Shown piece by piece: positions 8,331-20,527 of a stretch of 23,805 bases of DNA (its first letter is position 1; the number at the start of each line of letters is the position of its first letter). The notes under the pieces are model-generated. The model worked only from the letters and a program-made list of their open reading frames with translations, did no database searches and was not told the DNA's origin. Both the position numbers and the translations under genes were made by a program. The stretch comes from Gemmatimonadota bacterium (GTDB lineage: Bacteria > Gemmatimonadota > Gemmatimonadetes > Longimicrobiales > RSA9), in NCBI GenBank assembly GCA_040905425.1, contig JBBDRO010000075.1:1-23805 (forward strand), in the 5' to 3' direction.

Positions 8331-9371
8331 ATGACCTACCGCCCCGCGGTCCGCCCGGCCTGCGCCGTACTGGTCGCCCTGGTGACCACCTTCGCCTCCA
8401 CAGCGCCGCTCTGGGCCCAGGAGGCGTGCCGCTTCGAGGCGGGCGTGCCGGACAGCGGCACGTGGCTCAAGGGCAACACCCACACGCACACGCTGGAGAG
8501 CGACGGCGATTCGCCCCCCGAGACCGTGGTGCGCTGGTACCGGGACCACGACTACAACTTCCTGGTGCTCTCCGACCACAACGTCTTCACCGACCCGGCC
8601 GGCCTGACCCAGCTCACCGACTCCAGCTTCATCCTCATCGGCGGAGAGGAGCTCACCAGCAGCTTCGAGGGTGCGCCCGTGCACGTGAACGGGCTGAACA
8701 TCCCGCACGTGCTGGAGGCGCAGCGGGGCCGCACGCTGCTGGAGACCGTGCAGCTCAACGTGGACGAGGTGCGCTCCGTGGACGGCGTGCCGCACATCAA
8801 CCACCCGAACTTCGGCTGGGCGCTCTCGGCGGAGGTGCTGCTGGAGGTGCGGGAGCACCCGCTACTGGAGATCTACAACGGGCACCCGCAGGTGCATAAC
8901 GTGGGCGCCATCGACGCGCCCGACATGGAGGAGGTCTGGGACATCCTCCTCACCGCCGACCAGCGCATCTACGGCATCGCCGTGGATGACGCCCACCACT
9001 TCCAGGGGGAGTTCGCCCGGCATCGCGCCAACCCGGGCCGCGGCTGGGTGGCGGTGAAGGCGCCGGAGCTGGCACCCGCGCCGGTCATGGCAGCGCTGGA
9101 GGCCGGGCACTTCTACGCCAGCACGGGAGTGACGCTGGAGGACGTGGTGAGCACCCCCGGCCGGCTGGAGGTGCGCATCCAGCCGCAGGGCAACTTCCGC
9201 TACACCACCGAGTTCGTGGGCCCCGAGGGCCGCATCCTGGCCACCCGGGGAGGCACGAGCGCTGCCCTCGACCTGCCCGCCGACGCGCGCGGCTACGTGC
9301 GTGCGCGCGTCACCGACTCGGGCGGCGCCATGGCGTGGGTGCAACCGGTGTTCATCGGCTGCGGCGGGTGA
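8331..9371 (+). CDS. Secreted PHP-domain (CehA/McbA-like) metallohydrolase
   Basis: Signal peptide; WLKGNTHTHT..SDG, LSDHN, GEE, HVNGL, INHP, EIYNG and DDAH motifs. Confidence 0.88.
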   Translation: MTYRPAVRPACAVLVALVTTFASTAPLWAQEACRFEAGVPDSGTWLKGNTHTHTLESDGDSPPETVVRWYRDHDYNFLVLSDHNVFTDPAGLTQLTDSSFILIGGEELTSSFEGAPVHVNGLNIPHVLEAQRGRTLLETVQLNVDEVRSVDGVPHINHPNFGWALSAEVLLEVREHPLLEIYNGHPQVHNVGAIDAPDMEEVWDILLTADQRIYGIAVDDAHHFQGEFARHRANPGRGWVAVKAPELAPAPVMAALEAGHFYASTGVTLEDVVSTPGRLEVRIQPQGNFRYTTEFVGPEGRILATRGGTSAALDLPADARGYVRARVTDSGGAMAWVQPVFIGCGG

Positions 9372-9511
9372 AGCGGGGGGTGCGGCGGCGGGTGCCGCCG
9401 ACGACGCCCAGCAAGCACCCCGCCCACGCTTCAGTATAGAGGCTCCACGTCTCAAAGCCTGAACGTAGCCTGCCATTTGACCGCGCAAATCAACAGCGCG
9501 AGATTGATCGT

Positions 9512-9799
9512 ATGAGTATCGACCTGACGACCCTAAGCGAGCTGTGCGAGCGCAATGACATCGGGCGTCTGCGTGTCTTCGGATCGTTCGCCCGCGGCGA
9601 CGACTCGGACGCCAGTGACGTCGATCTTCTCGCCGACTTCACGGAGCGGAAGAGCCTCCTGGACCTGGTGCAGATTGAGCGGGTGCTTTCCGAGCACCTA
9701 GGGCGCAAGGTCGATCTCCTAACGGAGGATTCTCTCAGTCCCTATCTCCGTGGGAGGATCCTCCGCGAGGCGAAGGTTGTATATGAGCGCGCCGCGTGA
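9512..9799 (+). CDS. Minimal nucleotidyltransferase (MNT/MntA-type antitoxin)
   Basis: [16 protein letters not shown] = GSx10DxD; C-terminal GRKVDL; 95 aa; overlaps the next gene. Confidence 0.92.
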   Translation: MSIDLTTLSELCERNDIGRLRVFGSFARGDDSDASDVDLLADFTERKSLLDLVQIERVLSEHLGRKVDLLTEDSLSPYLRGRILREAKVVYERAA

Positions 9800-10145
9800 C
9801 GACACGGTCTACATCAGCCACATCCGCGACTCGATCGCCCGTATCGAGTCCTACCTCGTGGACGTGAGTGAGGAGACCTTCCTCGCCACTCCGCTCATTC
9901 AAGACGGTGTGATCCGCCAGATCCAGATCATCGGTGAAGCGGCGAAGCGCATCTCGCTAGACTTCCGTCAAAGGACCCCGACGATCCCGTGGACCGACAT
10001 TGCCGGCATGAGGGACAAGCTGGTCCATGATTACATGGGTGTGAAACTCGACGCCGTGTGGGAGACCGCGGTGCGGGATATCCCGGCCTTGAAGGTTCAG
10101 CTTGAGCACCTTCCACGCGCCGGCTCGGAGTCAAACAGCAGCTAA
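9783..10145 (+). CDS. HEPN/DUF86 (HepT-type) RNase toxin
   Basis: [26 protein letters not shown] carries the RX4HXY motif; ATG 9783 overlaps the MNT 3' end. Confidence 0.92.
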   Translation: MSAPRDDTVYISHIRDSIARIESYLVDVSEETFLATPLIQDGVIRQIQIIGEAAKRISLDFRQRTPTIPWTDIAGMRDKLVHDYMGVKLDAVWETAVRDIPALKVQLEHLPRAGSESNSS

Positions 10146-10156
10146 CATCCGGTGAC

Positions 10157-10305
10157 CGCCTGCGCACCTACCTGCCCTATGACCCGAGCTGGCGGGCGCC
10201 ATCCTGCGCGTCCTGCTCCGCGCCATCCAGACCCGCCTCCGCCGCACCAGCCCCGGTGCCGTCCGCTTCCACAAGGCCACCCACCTCACGCACCGCCGCG
10301 TGATC
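10157..10305 (+). mobile_element. Probable degenerate IS91-family (Y2/HUH) transposase fragment
   Basis: With one frameshift it reads RLRTYLPYDP/ELAGAILRVLLRAIQTRLRRTSPGA-VRFHKATHLT-HRRVI, resembling segments either side of the HUH motif of IS91-type transposases (recalled, not searched). Bracketed by the direct repeat CCGGTGACCGCC (10149-10160, 10331-10342). Confidence 0.5.
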
Positions 10306-10372
10306 GGCGAGACGGCGGGGGCGGCCACCACCGGTGACCGCCCCCTTCTCACGTATGCCGTAGCGCCGAAGC

Positions 10373-10447
10373 CTAATCCAGCGGCGCGTTGCCCGCCCGG
10401 TCCACCTTGAAGCTGCGCGTCTGCACCACGTCGCCCGCGCGGAGCGT
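10373..10447 (-). pseudogene. Duplicate of the last 24 codons plus stop of the VPS10/BNR gene (12207-12281)
   Basis: Identical at offset 1834 except two substitutions (ACC/ACG Thr; GAG/GAT Glu/Asp). Confidence 0.95.
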
Positions 10448-10820
10448 CTTCCAGGGGGAGTTCGCCCGCCACCGCGCCAACCCCGGCAGCGGCTGGGTGG
10501 CGGTGAAGGCGCCCCGGCTGGCGCCCGTGCCGGTCATGGCGGCGCTGGAGGCGGGGCACTTCTACGCCAGCACGGGCGTGACGCTGGAGGACGTGGTGAG
10601 CACGCCCGGCAGGCTGGAGGTGCGCATCCAGCCGCAGGGCAACTTCCGCTACACCACCGAGTTCGTCGGCCCGGAGGGCCGCATCCTGGCCACCCGGGCA
10701 GGCACGAGCGCCGCCCTCGACCTGCCCGCCGACGCGCGCGGGTACGTGCGTGCGCGCGTCACCGACTCGGGCGGCGCCATGGCGTGGGTGCAGCCGGTGT
10801 TCATCGGCTGCGCAGGGTGA
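10448..10820 (+). pseudogene. Duplicate of the 3' 373 bp of the PHP gene (8999-9371)
   Basis: Gap-free match at offset 1449; about 22 substitutions by manual count and 5 amino-acid changes. Lacks the start, signal peptide and catalytic motifs. Confidence 0.95.
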
Positions 10821-10964
10821 GGCGGCGGCGGGTGCGGCGGCGGGTGCGGCTCAGAGCGTTACCGGCGCCGTCTCATGCGGGCGCGCTGCGCAGAGAATGT
10901 TGTTCCGAGCCGTAGCCCCGCCCTAACTTGCTCGGCCCCGGTCCCACTCCCACCGGAGGTAGGC

Positions 10965-12113
10965 ATGACACACCCTTCCCGCTGGATCCCACTGCTGCTC
11001 CTGGCCGCCGCCTGCGGCAACGCGCCGGCCACCTCCGACGCTTTCGTGCTGCGGGACAGCGCCGGCGTCCGCATTGCGGAGAACCTCTGGCAGGAGGACC
11101 TCCCACTCGAAACGTGGCGCCTCGCGGACGAGCCCGAATTCTCGGTCGGGGACCCCGCGCCTGGTCCCGAGTACGAGCTGTACCGGGTCTACTATGCCCG
11201 CAGCTTCGACGACGGCCGCGTGGTCGTGGCCATGAACACGGGCGAGGTGCGCATCTATGACCCGCAGGGCAGCCACCTCGTGAGCTTCGGCAGGGCCGGC
11301 GAGGGTCCGGGCGAGTTCACCTTCCTGTGGGATGCGCACCCCGTGGGGGACACCCTGGTGCGCGCGCTGGATCCCAGTATGCGGCGGCTGACGTTCTTCG
11401 ACGCGCGCACCGGCGCTCTCGATGAGGTCCACACCACGCCCGTCGGCTTCATGAATCCGAACGGTGTGGCGCGCCTGGACGATGACAGCTACGTGGGGCT
11501 GCTGAGCGTGCTCGTGGATTCGCTCACGCGTGAGCGGCACTATCGGCTGGCCCGCTTCAGCGTGGACGGCCAGAGCGTGGACACGCTGGACACCTTCCGC
11601 GCCGACTGGTGGCCGGATCCCACCACGCGCACGGTTTTCGGGCCGGGTTTCTCATCCACCGCGGCCGGAGGATGGATGTACGGCGGCTGGCGCGGGCGCT
11701 ACGAGGTACGCCGCTACGGAACGGACGGCGCACTCGACCTGATCATCCGCAGCAGCTTCGCGGGTGAGCCGGTCACGGACGAGATGAAGGCCACCGTCAA
11801 CCAGCCCGCGTTTTCCGAGGGTGGCGGGACGGCGCCGCCGATCGCCTTCCCCGAGCGGCTCCCGCCCTGGAGCAAGATACTCGCGTCCCCCTCCGGCTGG
11901 CTCTGGGTGCGGCGCTACGCCTCGCCGCTCGAGGAGGAGTTTAATACCTGGGACGTGTTCGACCCGGAGGGCCGGCTCACGGGGCAGATCCGCACCCCCA
12001 TGAACGCCCGCATCGCCGAGATCGGCGACGACTGGGCGCTGGGGCTCTTCCGCAACGAGCTGGACGTGGAATCGGTGCGCCGCTACCGGGTGATCCGTGA
12101 GGAAAGCGGCTGA
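10965..12113 (+). CDS. 6-bladed beta-propeller-type lipoprotein
   Basis: GGAGGT RBS; lipobox LLLLAAAC; DSAGVRI, FGRAGEGPGEF, WDVFDPEGRL and ELDVESVRRY motifs. Confidence 0.85.
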   Translation: MTHPSRWIPLLLLAAACGNAPATSDAFVLRDSAGVRIAENLWQEDLPLETWRLADEPEFSVGDPAPGPEYELYRVYYARSFDDGRVVVAMNTGEVRIYDPQGSHLVSFGRAGEGPGEFTFLWDAHPVGDTLVRALDPSMRRLTFFDARTGALDEVHTTPVGFMNPNGVARLDDDSYVGLLSVLVDSLTRERHYRLARFSVDGQSVDTLDTFRADWWPDPTTRTVFGPGFSSTAAGGWMYGGWRGRYEVRRYGTDGALDLIIRSSFAGEPVTDEMKATVNQPAFSEGGGTAPPIAFPERLPPWSKILASPSGWLWVRRYASPLEEEFNTWDVFDPEGRLTGQIRTPMNARIAEIGDDWALGLFRNELDVESVRRYRVIREESG

Positions 12114-12141
12114 CCGCACGCCGGGACTGGCCGGGTACTGA

Positions 12142-12176
12142 GAAGGCGGCGGCCACCTCGCGCGACCGCCGCCTTC
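12142..12176. terminator. Hairpin between convergent genes
   Basis: GAAGGCGGCGG ... CCGCCGCCTTC, an 11-bp stem between stops at 12113 and 12207. Confidence 0.6.
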
Positions 12177-12206
12177 CTCCTATCACGCCCACCGACGCCC
12201 CCCGCC

Positions 12207-15311
<3,105 letters not shown>

Positions 15312-15467
15312 GGAGATCCTCACGGAAGGGGCCGCGTTACGTCACGGAAACCTGATTGGCATCATCGGGTGCGCGGGCATGGCGCGTGGCGCCCGCCCGT
15401 ACGGTGCAGACGAACCGCCGCATGATAACGTTGGCGCCCCCCGCGCGCAGCCCCTTATGCTTCCGGT

Positions 15468-16364
15468 ATGCGACGATGCCCTGCGGCGCCCCCCGCGCGC
15501 CTCACCCGCGCGCTCGTCATCGCGGCCATGGCCCTCGCCGGCTGCGCCGGCGCGGACGACCGGCCGCGCATGGTGGCCGTGGCCACCCACACCGTGGAGG
15601 ACGCCGGGCTGCTGGAGGTGCTGGACTCGGCCTTCCGCGCCGCGCATCCGGAGCTGCGCCTCCGGCTCGTGGTGACGGGCACCGGGGAGGCGCTCGAGAT
15701 CGGCCGCCGCGGCGACGCCGACGTGCTCCTCACGCACGCGCCCGAGGACGAGCAACGCTTCGTGGCGGAGGGCCACGGCGTGGAGCGCCGCCCCGTCATG
15801 CACAATGACTTTCTCATCGCCGGCCCCGCGGCGGATCCCGCGCGCGTGCGCGGGGCGGGGGACGCGGTGCTGGCCTTCCGCGCCATCCGGAACGCCGGCG
15901 CGCCCTTCGTCTCCCGCGCGGACGAGGGCGGCACCCACAAGCGGGAGCGCGCCCTCTGGGCAGCGCTCGGCGCCGCGCCCGACTGGGACGGCTACACGGA
16001 GGCGGGGCTGGGCATGGCGGACGCGCTCCGCGTGGCGGCCCAGCGCGGCGCCTACATCCTCACCGACCGCGCCACCTTCGCCACCCTGGGGCCCGACGCC
16101 GGGCTGGTGGCGCTGGTGGAGGGGGACCCGCGCCTGGTGAATCCCTACGCGGTGACGCTGGTGGCGGGCGCGGCCAACCCGGAGGGTGCCCGCGCCTTCG
16201 CCGACTGGCTGGTGGGCGCCGAGGCGGAGCGCCTCATCCGCGCCTTCGGCCGCGACCGGGCGGGGCGGCCGCTCTTCGTGCCGGGGGCGCCGGGCGCGCC
16301 GGGCGCCGCGGACACGCCGAGGGCCCCGGGCGCGCCGGACGCCGCGCCTCCTCCAGCAGGCTGA
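15468..16364 (+). CDS. TupA-like (tungstate/oxyanion) substrate-binding lipoprotein
   Basis: Lipobox LAGC; GTGEALEIGRRGDADVLLTHAP, MHNDFLIAGP, FVSRADEGGTH, GMADAL, AYILTDRATF and NPY motifs. Confidence 0.85.
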   Translation: MRRCPAAPPARLTRALVIAAMALAGCAGADDRPRMVAVATHTVEDAGLLEVLDSAFRAAHPELRLRLVVTGTGEALEIGRRGDADVLLTHAPEDEQRFVAEGHGVERRPVMHNDFLIAGPAADPARVRGAGDAVLAFRAIRNAGAPFVSRADEGGTHKRERALWAALGAAPDWDGYTEAGLGMADALRVAAQRGAYILTDRATFATLGPDAGLVALVEGDPRLVNPYAVTLVAGAANPEGARAFADWLVGAEAERLIRAFGRDRAGRPLFVPGAPGAPGAADTPRAPGAPDAAPPPAG

Positions 16365-16401
16365 CCCGCCAGCCCCGTCGCCCTCCCCCGGCCGGAGGTC
16401 C

Positions 16402-16417
16402 GGGCACAGCGTCTGCA
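16402..16417 (+). promoter_or_regulatory. Candidate sigma54 (-24/-12) promoter
   Basis: GGGCACAGCGTCTGCA fits GG-N10-GC, ~43 nt upstream of ATG 16460. Confidence 0.45.
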
Positions 16418-16459
16418 GCGCCACGTCCACCCACCCGCTCATGTAATGCAGGGAGCCCG

Positions 16460-17641
16460 ATGGAGCCGTACAGTCTGGGCGTGGAGGAGGAGTACCAGCT
16501 CGTGGACCCGGACACCGGGCGGCTGCGCGCCCGTGCGCACGATGTGCTGGCCATGGACTGGACCGATGACCTCCACCCGGAGATCCAGGAGACCATCCTG
16601 GAGGTGGGCACGCAGGTGTGCGGCTCCGCCGAGGAGCTGGACACGGCGCTGCGCCGGCTGCGCTTCCAGGTAGCCACGGCCGCCGCCAGTCAGGACCTGG
16701 TCCCCGTGGCGGGCGGGCTGCACCCCTTCAGCCGCTGGGAGGAGCAGCCGCCCGTGGGAGCGGAGCGCTACCGCCGGCTGGAGGCGCGCTTCGGCCGCGT
16801 CATCCGCACCGAGCACATCTTCGGCATGCACGTGCACGTGGCGCTGGCGGACGGCGTGGACCGCGCCCGCGTCATGACGCGCGTGCGGCACTTCATCCCG
16901 CACCTCGTGGCGCTCTCGGCCAGCTCCCCCCGCTTCGAGGGGGAGGACACCGGCTACGCCAGCTACCGCACCATCCTGGCGGGCCGCCTGCCCTGTTCGG
17001 GTCCGCCGCCGGCCTTTTCAAGCGACGACGCGTACCATGCCTTCACGGGCGCGCTCATCAAGGCCGGCACGCTCGAGGATCGCAGCATGGTCTACTGGAG
17101 CGTGCGGCCGCACCACCGCTACCCCACGCTGGAGCTGCGCGCCGCCGACGTCTGCCCTGCCGTGGAGGACGCCGTGGCGCTGGCCGCGCTGGCCCGCGCG
17201 CTCGTGGCCACGGCCGCCGAGGGCGGCGCGCTGGACGATCCGCACGCCGGCCGCGCCGACCGGGAAGCCCTCCCTGCTGACCAGGAAGCCCTCCGCGCCG
17301 ACGAGTGGCAGGCCGCCCGCCACGGGCTTGACGCCCGCCTGATGGGCCCCGACGGACCCGTGCCCGTGCGGGACGCCATCCGCCGGCTGCTGGACCACGT
17401 GGCCCCCACGGCCGAGCAGCTTGGCGACGGCGCCGCGCTGGCTGGCGTGGAGCGCATCCTGGAGCGCGGCAACGCCGCGGAGCGCATCCGCCGCGAGGCC
17501 GCCGAGCGCGGACCGGGCACCCTGCTGGTGCGCTGGTTGGCCGGGGAGACGCTGGCGGGCACCGGCCTGGACCGCCCCCGCGGCATCCGCCCCTGGAAAC
17601 GCAGCGAGGGCCGTCGCGGCGTACCGCAACGGCCCTCGTAG
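16460..17641 (+). CDS. ybdK: YbdK-family carboxylate-amine ligase (glutamate--cysteine ligase 2, GCS2)
   Basis: LGVEEEYQLVD, IFGMHVHV, SASSP.F.G.DTGYASYR and YWSVRP...PTLELR..D motifs. Confidence 0.9.
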   Translation: MEPYSLGVEEEYQLVDPDTGRLRARAHDVLAMDWTDDLHPEIQETILEVGTQVCGSAEELDTALRRLRFQVATAAASQDLVPVAGGLHPFSRWEEQPPVGAERYRRLEARFGRVIRTEHIFGMHVHVALADGVDRARVMTRVRHFIPHLVALSASSPRFEGEDTGYASYRTILAGRLPCSGPPPAFSSDDAYHAFTGALIKAGTLEDRSMVYWSVRPHHRYPTLELRAADVCPAVEDAVALAALARALVATAAEGGALDDPHAGRADREALPADQEALRADEWQAARHGLDARLMGPDGPVPVRDAIRRLLDHVAPTAEQLGDGAALAGVERILERGNAAERIRREAAERGPGTLLVRWLAGETLAGTGLDRPRGIRPWKRSEGRRGVPQRPS

Positions 17642-17662
17642 CGCACCGACGGGCGCCGGGCC

Positions 17663-18280
17663 TCAGCCCTTGGCCGCCGCGTAGCGCCGAGCCACCTCTT
17701 CCCAGTTCACGGTGTTCCACCAGGCCTCCAGGTAGGCCGGCCGCTTGTTCTGGTAGTTCAGGTAGTAGGCGTGCTCCCAGACGTCCACGCCCAGGATCGG
17801 CGTGTCCCCCTTCATGTAGGGGCTGTCCTGGTTGGGCGTGGAGTACACGTCCAGCCCGCCGCCGCTCACCACCAGCCACCCCCAGCCGCTGCCGAACTGG
17901 CCGCCCGCCGCGCCGGAGAGCTTCTCCTTGAAGGCGTCGAAGGAGCCGAACTTCTGGTCGATGGCGCTGGCCAGGTCACCGCCCGGATTGCCGCCGCCGT
18001 CCGGGCCCATGACCTCCCAGAAGAGCGCGTGGTTGGCGTAGCCGCCGCCGTTGTTGCGCACGGCCGTGCGGACGGCCTCCGGCACGCTGTCAATGTTGCG
18101 GAGGATCTCCTCGATCTCCTTGCTCTGCAAGTCGGCGTGCTTCTCCAGGGCGCCGTTCAGCTTGTCGGTGTAGCCCTTGTGGTGCTTGTCGTGGTGGATC
18201 TCCATGGTGCGCGCGTCGATGTGGGGCTCCAGCGCGTCGAATGCGTAGGGCAGGTCGGGGAGTTTGAACGGGTAGGCCAT
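17663..18280 (-). CDS. sodA: Superoxide dismutase, Fe/Mn family with Mn-type signature
   Basis: [39 protein letters not shown] and DVWEHAYY motifs. Confidence 0.95.
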   Translation of the reverse strand: MAYPFKLPDLPYAFDALEPHIDARTMEIHHDKHHKGYTDKLNGALEKHADLQSKEIEEILRNIDSVPEAVRTAVRNNGGGYANHALFWEVMGPDGGGNPGGDLASAIDQKFGSFDAFKEKLSGAAGGQFGSGWGWLVVSGGGLDVYSTPNQDSPYMKGDTPILGVDVWEHAYYLNYQNKRPAYLEAWWNTVNWEEVARRYAAAKG

Positions 18281-18365
18281 CTGGCTGTCCTCGGTTTCGG
18301 GTTCGCGTTATTCCTGCGGCCATTGAAGTAGGCAAGGCCGTCGGCGCGGGCAAGAGCGGCCCGGC

Positions 18366-18385
18366 CGTCCGACCGCGGTCGGACG
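18366..18385. promoter_or_regulatory. Perfect 20-bp palindrome upstream of sodA
   Basis: CGTCCGACCGCGGTCGGACG; function not determinable from sequence. Confidence 0.4.
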
Positions 18386-18422
18386 CAAGAAGAACGCCCG
18401 CGGAGCTTTCTCCGCGGGCGTT
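18386..18422 (-). terminator. Intrinsic terminator
   Basis: 13-bp stem AACGCCCGCGGAG/CTCCGCGGGCGTT with a 4-nt loop; U-rich tail (TTCTTCTT) on the minus strand, ~30 nt after the stop at 18453. Confidence 0.8.
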
Positions 18423-18452
18423 TCCCGGAACGTGATGGGCCGGACGCGTGGC

Positions 18453-18848
18453 TCAGGCGGCGGTGCGCTCGTGCGCCGGGTCGCTTTCAACTTCCCAGCG
18501 ACCGGTGACGTACGCCTCGAGCTTGCCCAGGAGCGTGTCGGAACCCGCGGGGCTAGCGCCGAAGAGGCCGTCCTGCTCGATGTCCGCCTGGTTGGCGGCG
18601 CCGTAGAGGCTCAGCCAGCGGTCCCACTTCTCCGCCTTCCGCATCACCCAGTAGAAGCGGGCGCCCCGGCGCTCGGTGGGCAGCAGGATGTCGGCAGCCA
18701 CCGCGATGATGGCCACCTGCGAGATGATCAGGTCCCCCACGCCGTCCAGGAACAGCTTCAGTTCAAAGATAGCCAGGTCCCGGAGCAGGACCCTGTTGTT
18801 CTTCACGCGCTCGACCATGTCTTCCCTCTCGTTGATTGCCGCTTCCAT
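18453..18848 (-). CDS. Hypothetical protein (131 aa)
   Basis: Coding-like sequence LRDLAIFELKLFLDG..D...FYWVMR....DRWLSLYG; fits the minus-strand gene run. Confidence 0.8.
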   Translation of the reverse strand: MEAAINEREDMVERVKNNRVLLRDLAIFELKLFLDGVGDLIISQVAIIAVAADILLPTERRGARFYWVMRKAEKWDRWLSLYGAANQADIEQDGLFGASPAGSDTLLGKLEAYVTGRWEVESDPAHERTAA

Positions 18849-18878
18849 GATCCATACGCGCGTAGCCGGCGACGGGTT

Positions 18879-19259
18879 TCAGCCGCTCCGCTTGCGACCC
18901 GTCACGCTGCCGCTCATGGCGCCGAGTGACCAGCCACCCGTGATGGTGCCGTCCTCCGCCACCGTCATGGTGATGGAGAAGGGCCCGTCCGGCGTGCTGC
19001 CCGAGCCGGTGACGGTGCGCTCGTCCACGCGGACACTGGACAGGCGGAGCGGCTCCGTCACATCGGTGGTCACGGTGCCACGCAGCCCGCTCGTGCCGTC
19101 GGTGACGGTGAGGGTGCCGGAGACCAGGGTGCCATCCACGTTGGTGGAGAAATCGTACGCGCCGAGGGGATCGAAGGGCGCGGGGGCGGGCGGCGCGGGG
19201 TTGCCCGCGCAGGCGGCGAGTCCGGCAAGCAACAGCACGGCGGGCAGCAGCGTCTTCAT
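18879..19259 (-). CDS. Small beta-rich hypothetical lipoprotein
   Basis: AGGAG RBS; MKTLLPAVLLLAGLAAC lipobox. Confidence 0.8.
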   Translation of the reverse strand: MKTLLPAVLLLAGLAACAGNPAPPAPAPFDPLGAYDFSTNVDGTLVSGTLTVTDGTSGLRGTVTTDVTEPLRLSSVRVDERTVTGSGSTPDGPFSITMTVAEDGTITGGWSLGAMSGSVTGRKRSG

Positions 19260-19334
19260 CGAGCAGCTCCTGGGATAGGGGATCGTGACCTCAAAGTACC
19301 CTACGCACACCCACCTGGAACAGATTCGCGCGCC

Positions 19335-19874
19335 TCAGCGGCGCACGTCCACCTGCCCCTCGAGCCAGGTGCGCGGGCCGAAGCTGGGCGTGCCCAGGAC
19401 GCCGGCGTCCACCGTGAGGCGGCCGTCCAGCCGGTAGTCCACGGCGCTCCGCGTGAGCAGGCTGCGCGCCAGGTCGGCCAGGCCGGGCAGGTCGGAGAAG
19501 GAGATGGTCACGTCCACCGGGATGATGGTGTCCTGCTGGGCCACCATGGGCAGGCCCAGCGGCAGGTCCACCTCGGCCGTGCGCGTCTGCTGCAGGAAGA
19601 GGTCGCCTGCCAGGCGGGTGAGCGTGACGCCAAAGGGATTGGGGTTCTCCACGTGCGCCCAGACGCGCAGCGTGGCGCCGCCGAGCGGCCGGTCCATGGA
19701 GGGCAGCGCCAGGCGCAGCTCGCCGCTCCGCCCCTCGGCCACGCTGAAGCGCGGCAGCGCCACGTCGGCCAGCCCGCCGAGGGCGGCGCAGCCGGCCAGC
19801 AGGACGAGGGTGGCGCTGGCCGCGAAGGGGGCGGTACGGGGGCGGGGGCTCGCTGGGCGCATCTCGGTCTCCAT
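19335..19874 (-). CDS. LEA type 2 / WHy-domain lipoprotein
   Basis: Lipobox LLAGC; VENPNPFGV motif; YRLDG. Start 19874 or 19862. Confidence 0.85.
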   Translation of the reverse strand: METEMRPASPRPRTAPFAASATLVLLAGCAALGGLADVALPRFSVAEGRSGELRLALPSMDRPLGGATLRVWAHVENPNPFGVTLTRLAGDLFLQQTRTAEVDLPLGLPMVAQQDTIIPVDVTISFSDLPGLADLARSLLTRSAVDYRLDGRLTVDAGVLGTPSFGPRTWLEGQVDVRR

Positions 19875-19944
19875 GGCGCGGCCCGGCGGATGGCCGGGCG
19901 GATCAGGACGCCGCGCCGTGTGCGCGGCTGCCTGCCAGCGCACG

Positions 19945-19960
19945 TGCAACGGCCGTGCCC
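19945..19960 (-). promoter_or_regulatory. Sigma54 (-24/-12) promoter candidate
   Basis: Minus strand GGGCACGGCCGTTGCA matches GGCAC-N5-TTGCW, ~70 nt upstream of the LEA2 gene. Confidence 0.65.
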
Positions 19961-19988
19961 CGCATGGAGAGTGTCTGCCGCCCACGGC

Positions 19989-20231
19989 TCACTCGGGCGT
20001 GGGTGCGCTCCCCGCCTTGTGCCGGTACGTGATGCGTCCGCGCGAGAGGTCGTAGGGAGAGAGCTCGAGCGTCACCCGGTCGCCCACCAGCACCCGGATC
20101 TTGAACTTGGACATCTTGCCGGCCGCGTAGGCCAGCACGGTGTGGCCGTTCTCCAGGAGCACGCGGTAGTTGCGGTCGGGAAGCACCTCCGTGACCTCCC
20201 CCTCCATCTCGATGGCTTCCTGCTTGGCCAT
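19989..20231 (-). CDS. infA: Translation initiation factor IF-1
   Basis: [18 protein letters not shown]...GKM...[26 protein letters not shown]. Confidence 0.95.
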   Translation of the reverse strand: MAKQEAIEMEGEVTEVLPDRNYRVLLENGHTVLAYAAGKMSKFKIRVLVGDRVTLELSPYDLSRGRITYRHKAGSAPTPE

Positions 20232-20391
20232 ACGAAAACCCGATCTCCTGCCGGGGGATTGGCGTGCGCCCGCGGGGTTGGCTATGCCGCCGCGGACGGG
20301 CGCGTCAGGATTGAAACGCGCCATGGAGGAAAAATATGACCGGCGCGGCGCGGTTGCCAGCGTTTTACGGCGGTAAGCGACGTCCTGCGGA

Positions 20392-20527
20392 GGGATTCCG
20401 GCGCTGCGTCGGCGCTCAGCGCATGATCCTCCCACGCGGGATCCCGGCGCCGTGTGCGTGCTCGGCGCATGATCCGCCTCGCGGGATTCCAGCGCCACGT
20501 CCGCGCTCGGCGCGTGATCCCCCCCGA
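20392..20527. repeat. Three tandem 45-46-bp palindromic (REP-like) units, with a fourth copy at ~20871-20910
   Basis: Units start at 20392, 20438 and 20483; core GCTCRGCGCRTGATCC at 20414, 20460, 20505 and 20893. Confidence 0.85.

Noticed and set aside
10140..10160. Integron attC site after the HEPN gene (AGCTAAC containing the stop codon)
   Set aside because: Only a loose R''-like half is present; no matching GTTRRRY or L boxes found downstream, and no integrase.
10389..10820. 143-aa ORF as a novel fusion gene
   Set aside because: TTG start inside the antisense B' fragment, no RBS, and no catalytic motifs; a by-product of the junction.
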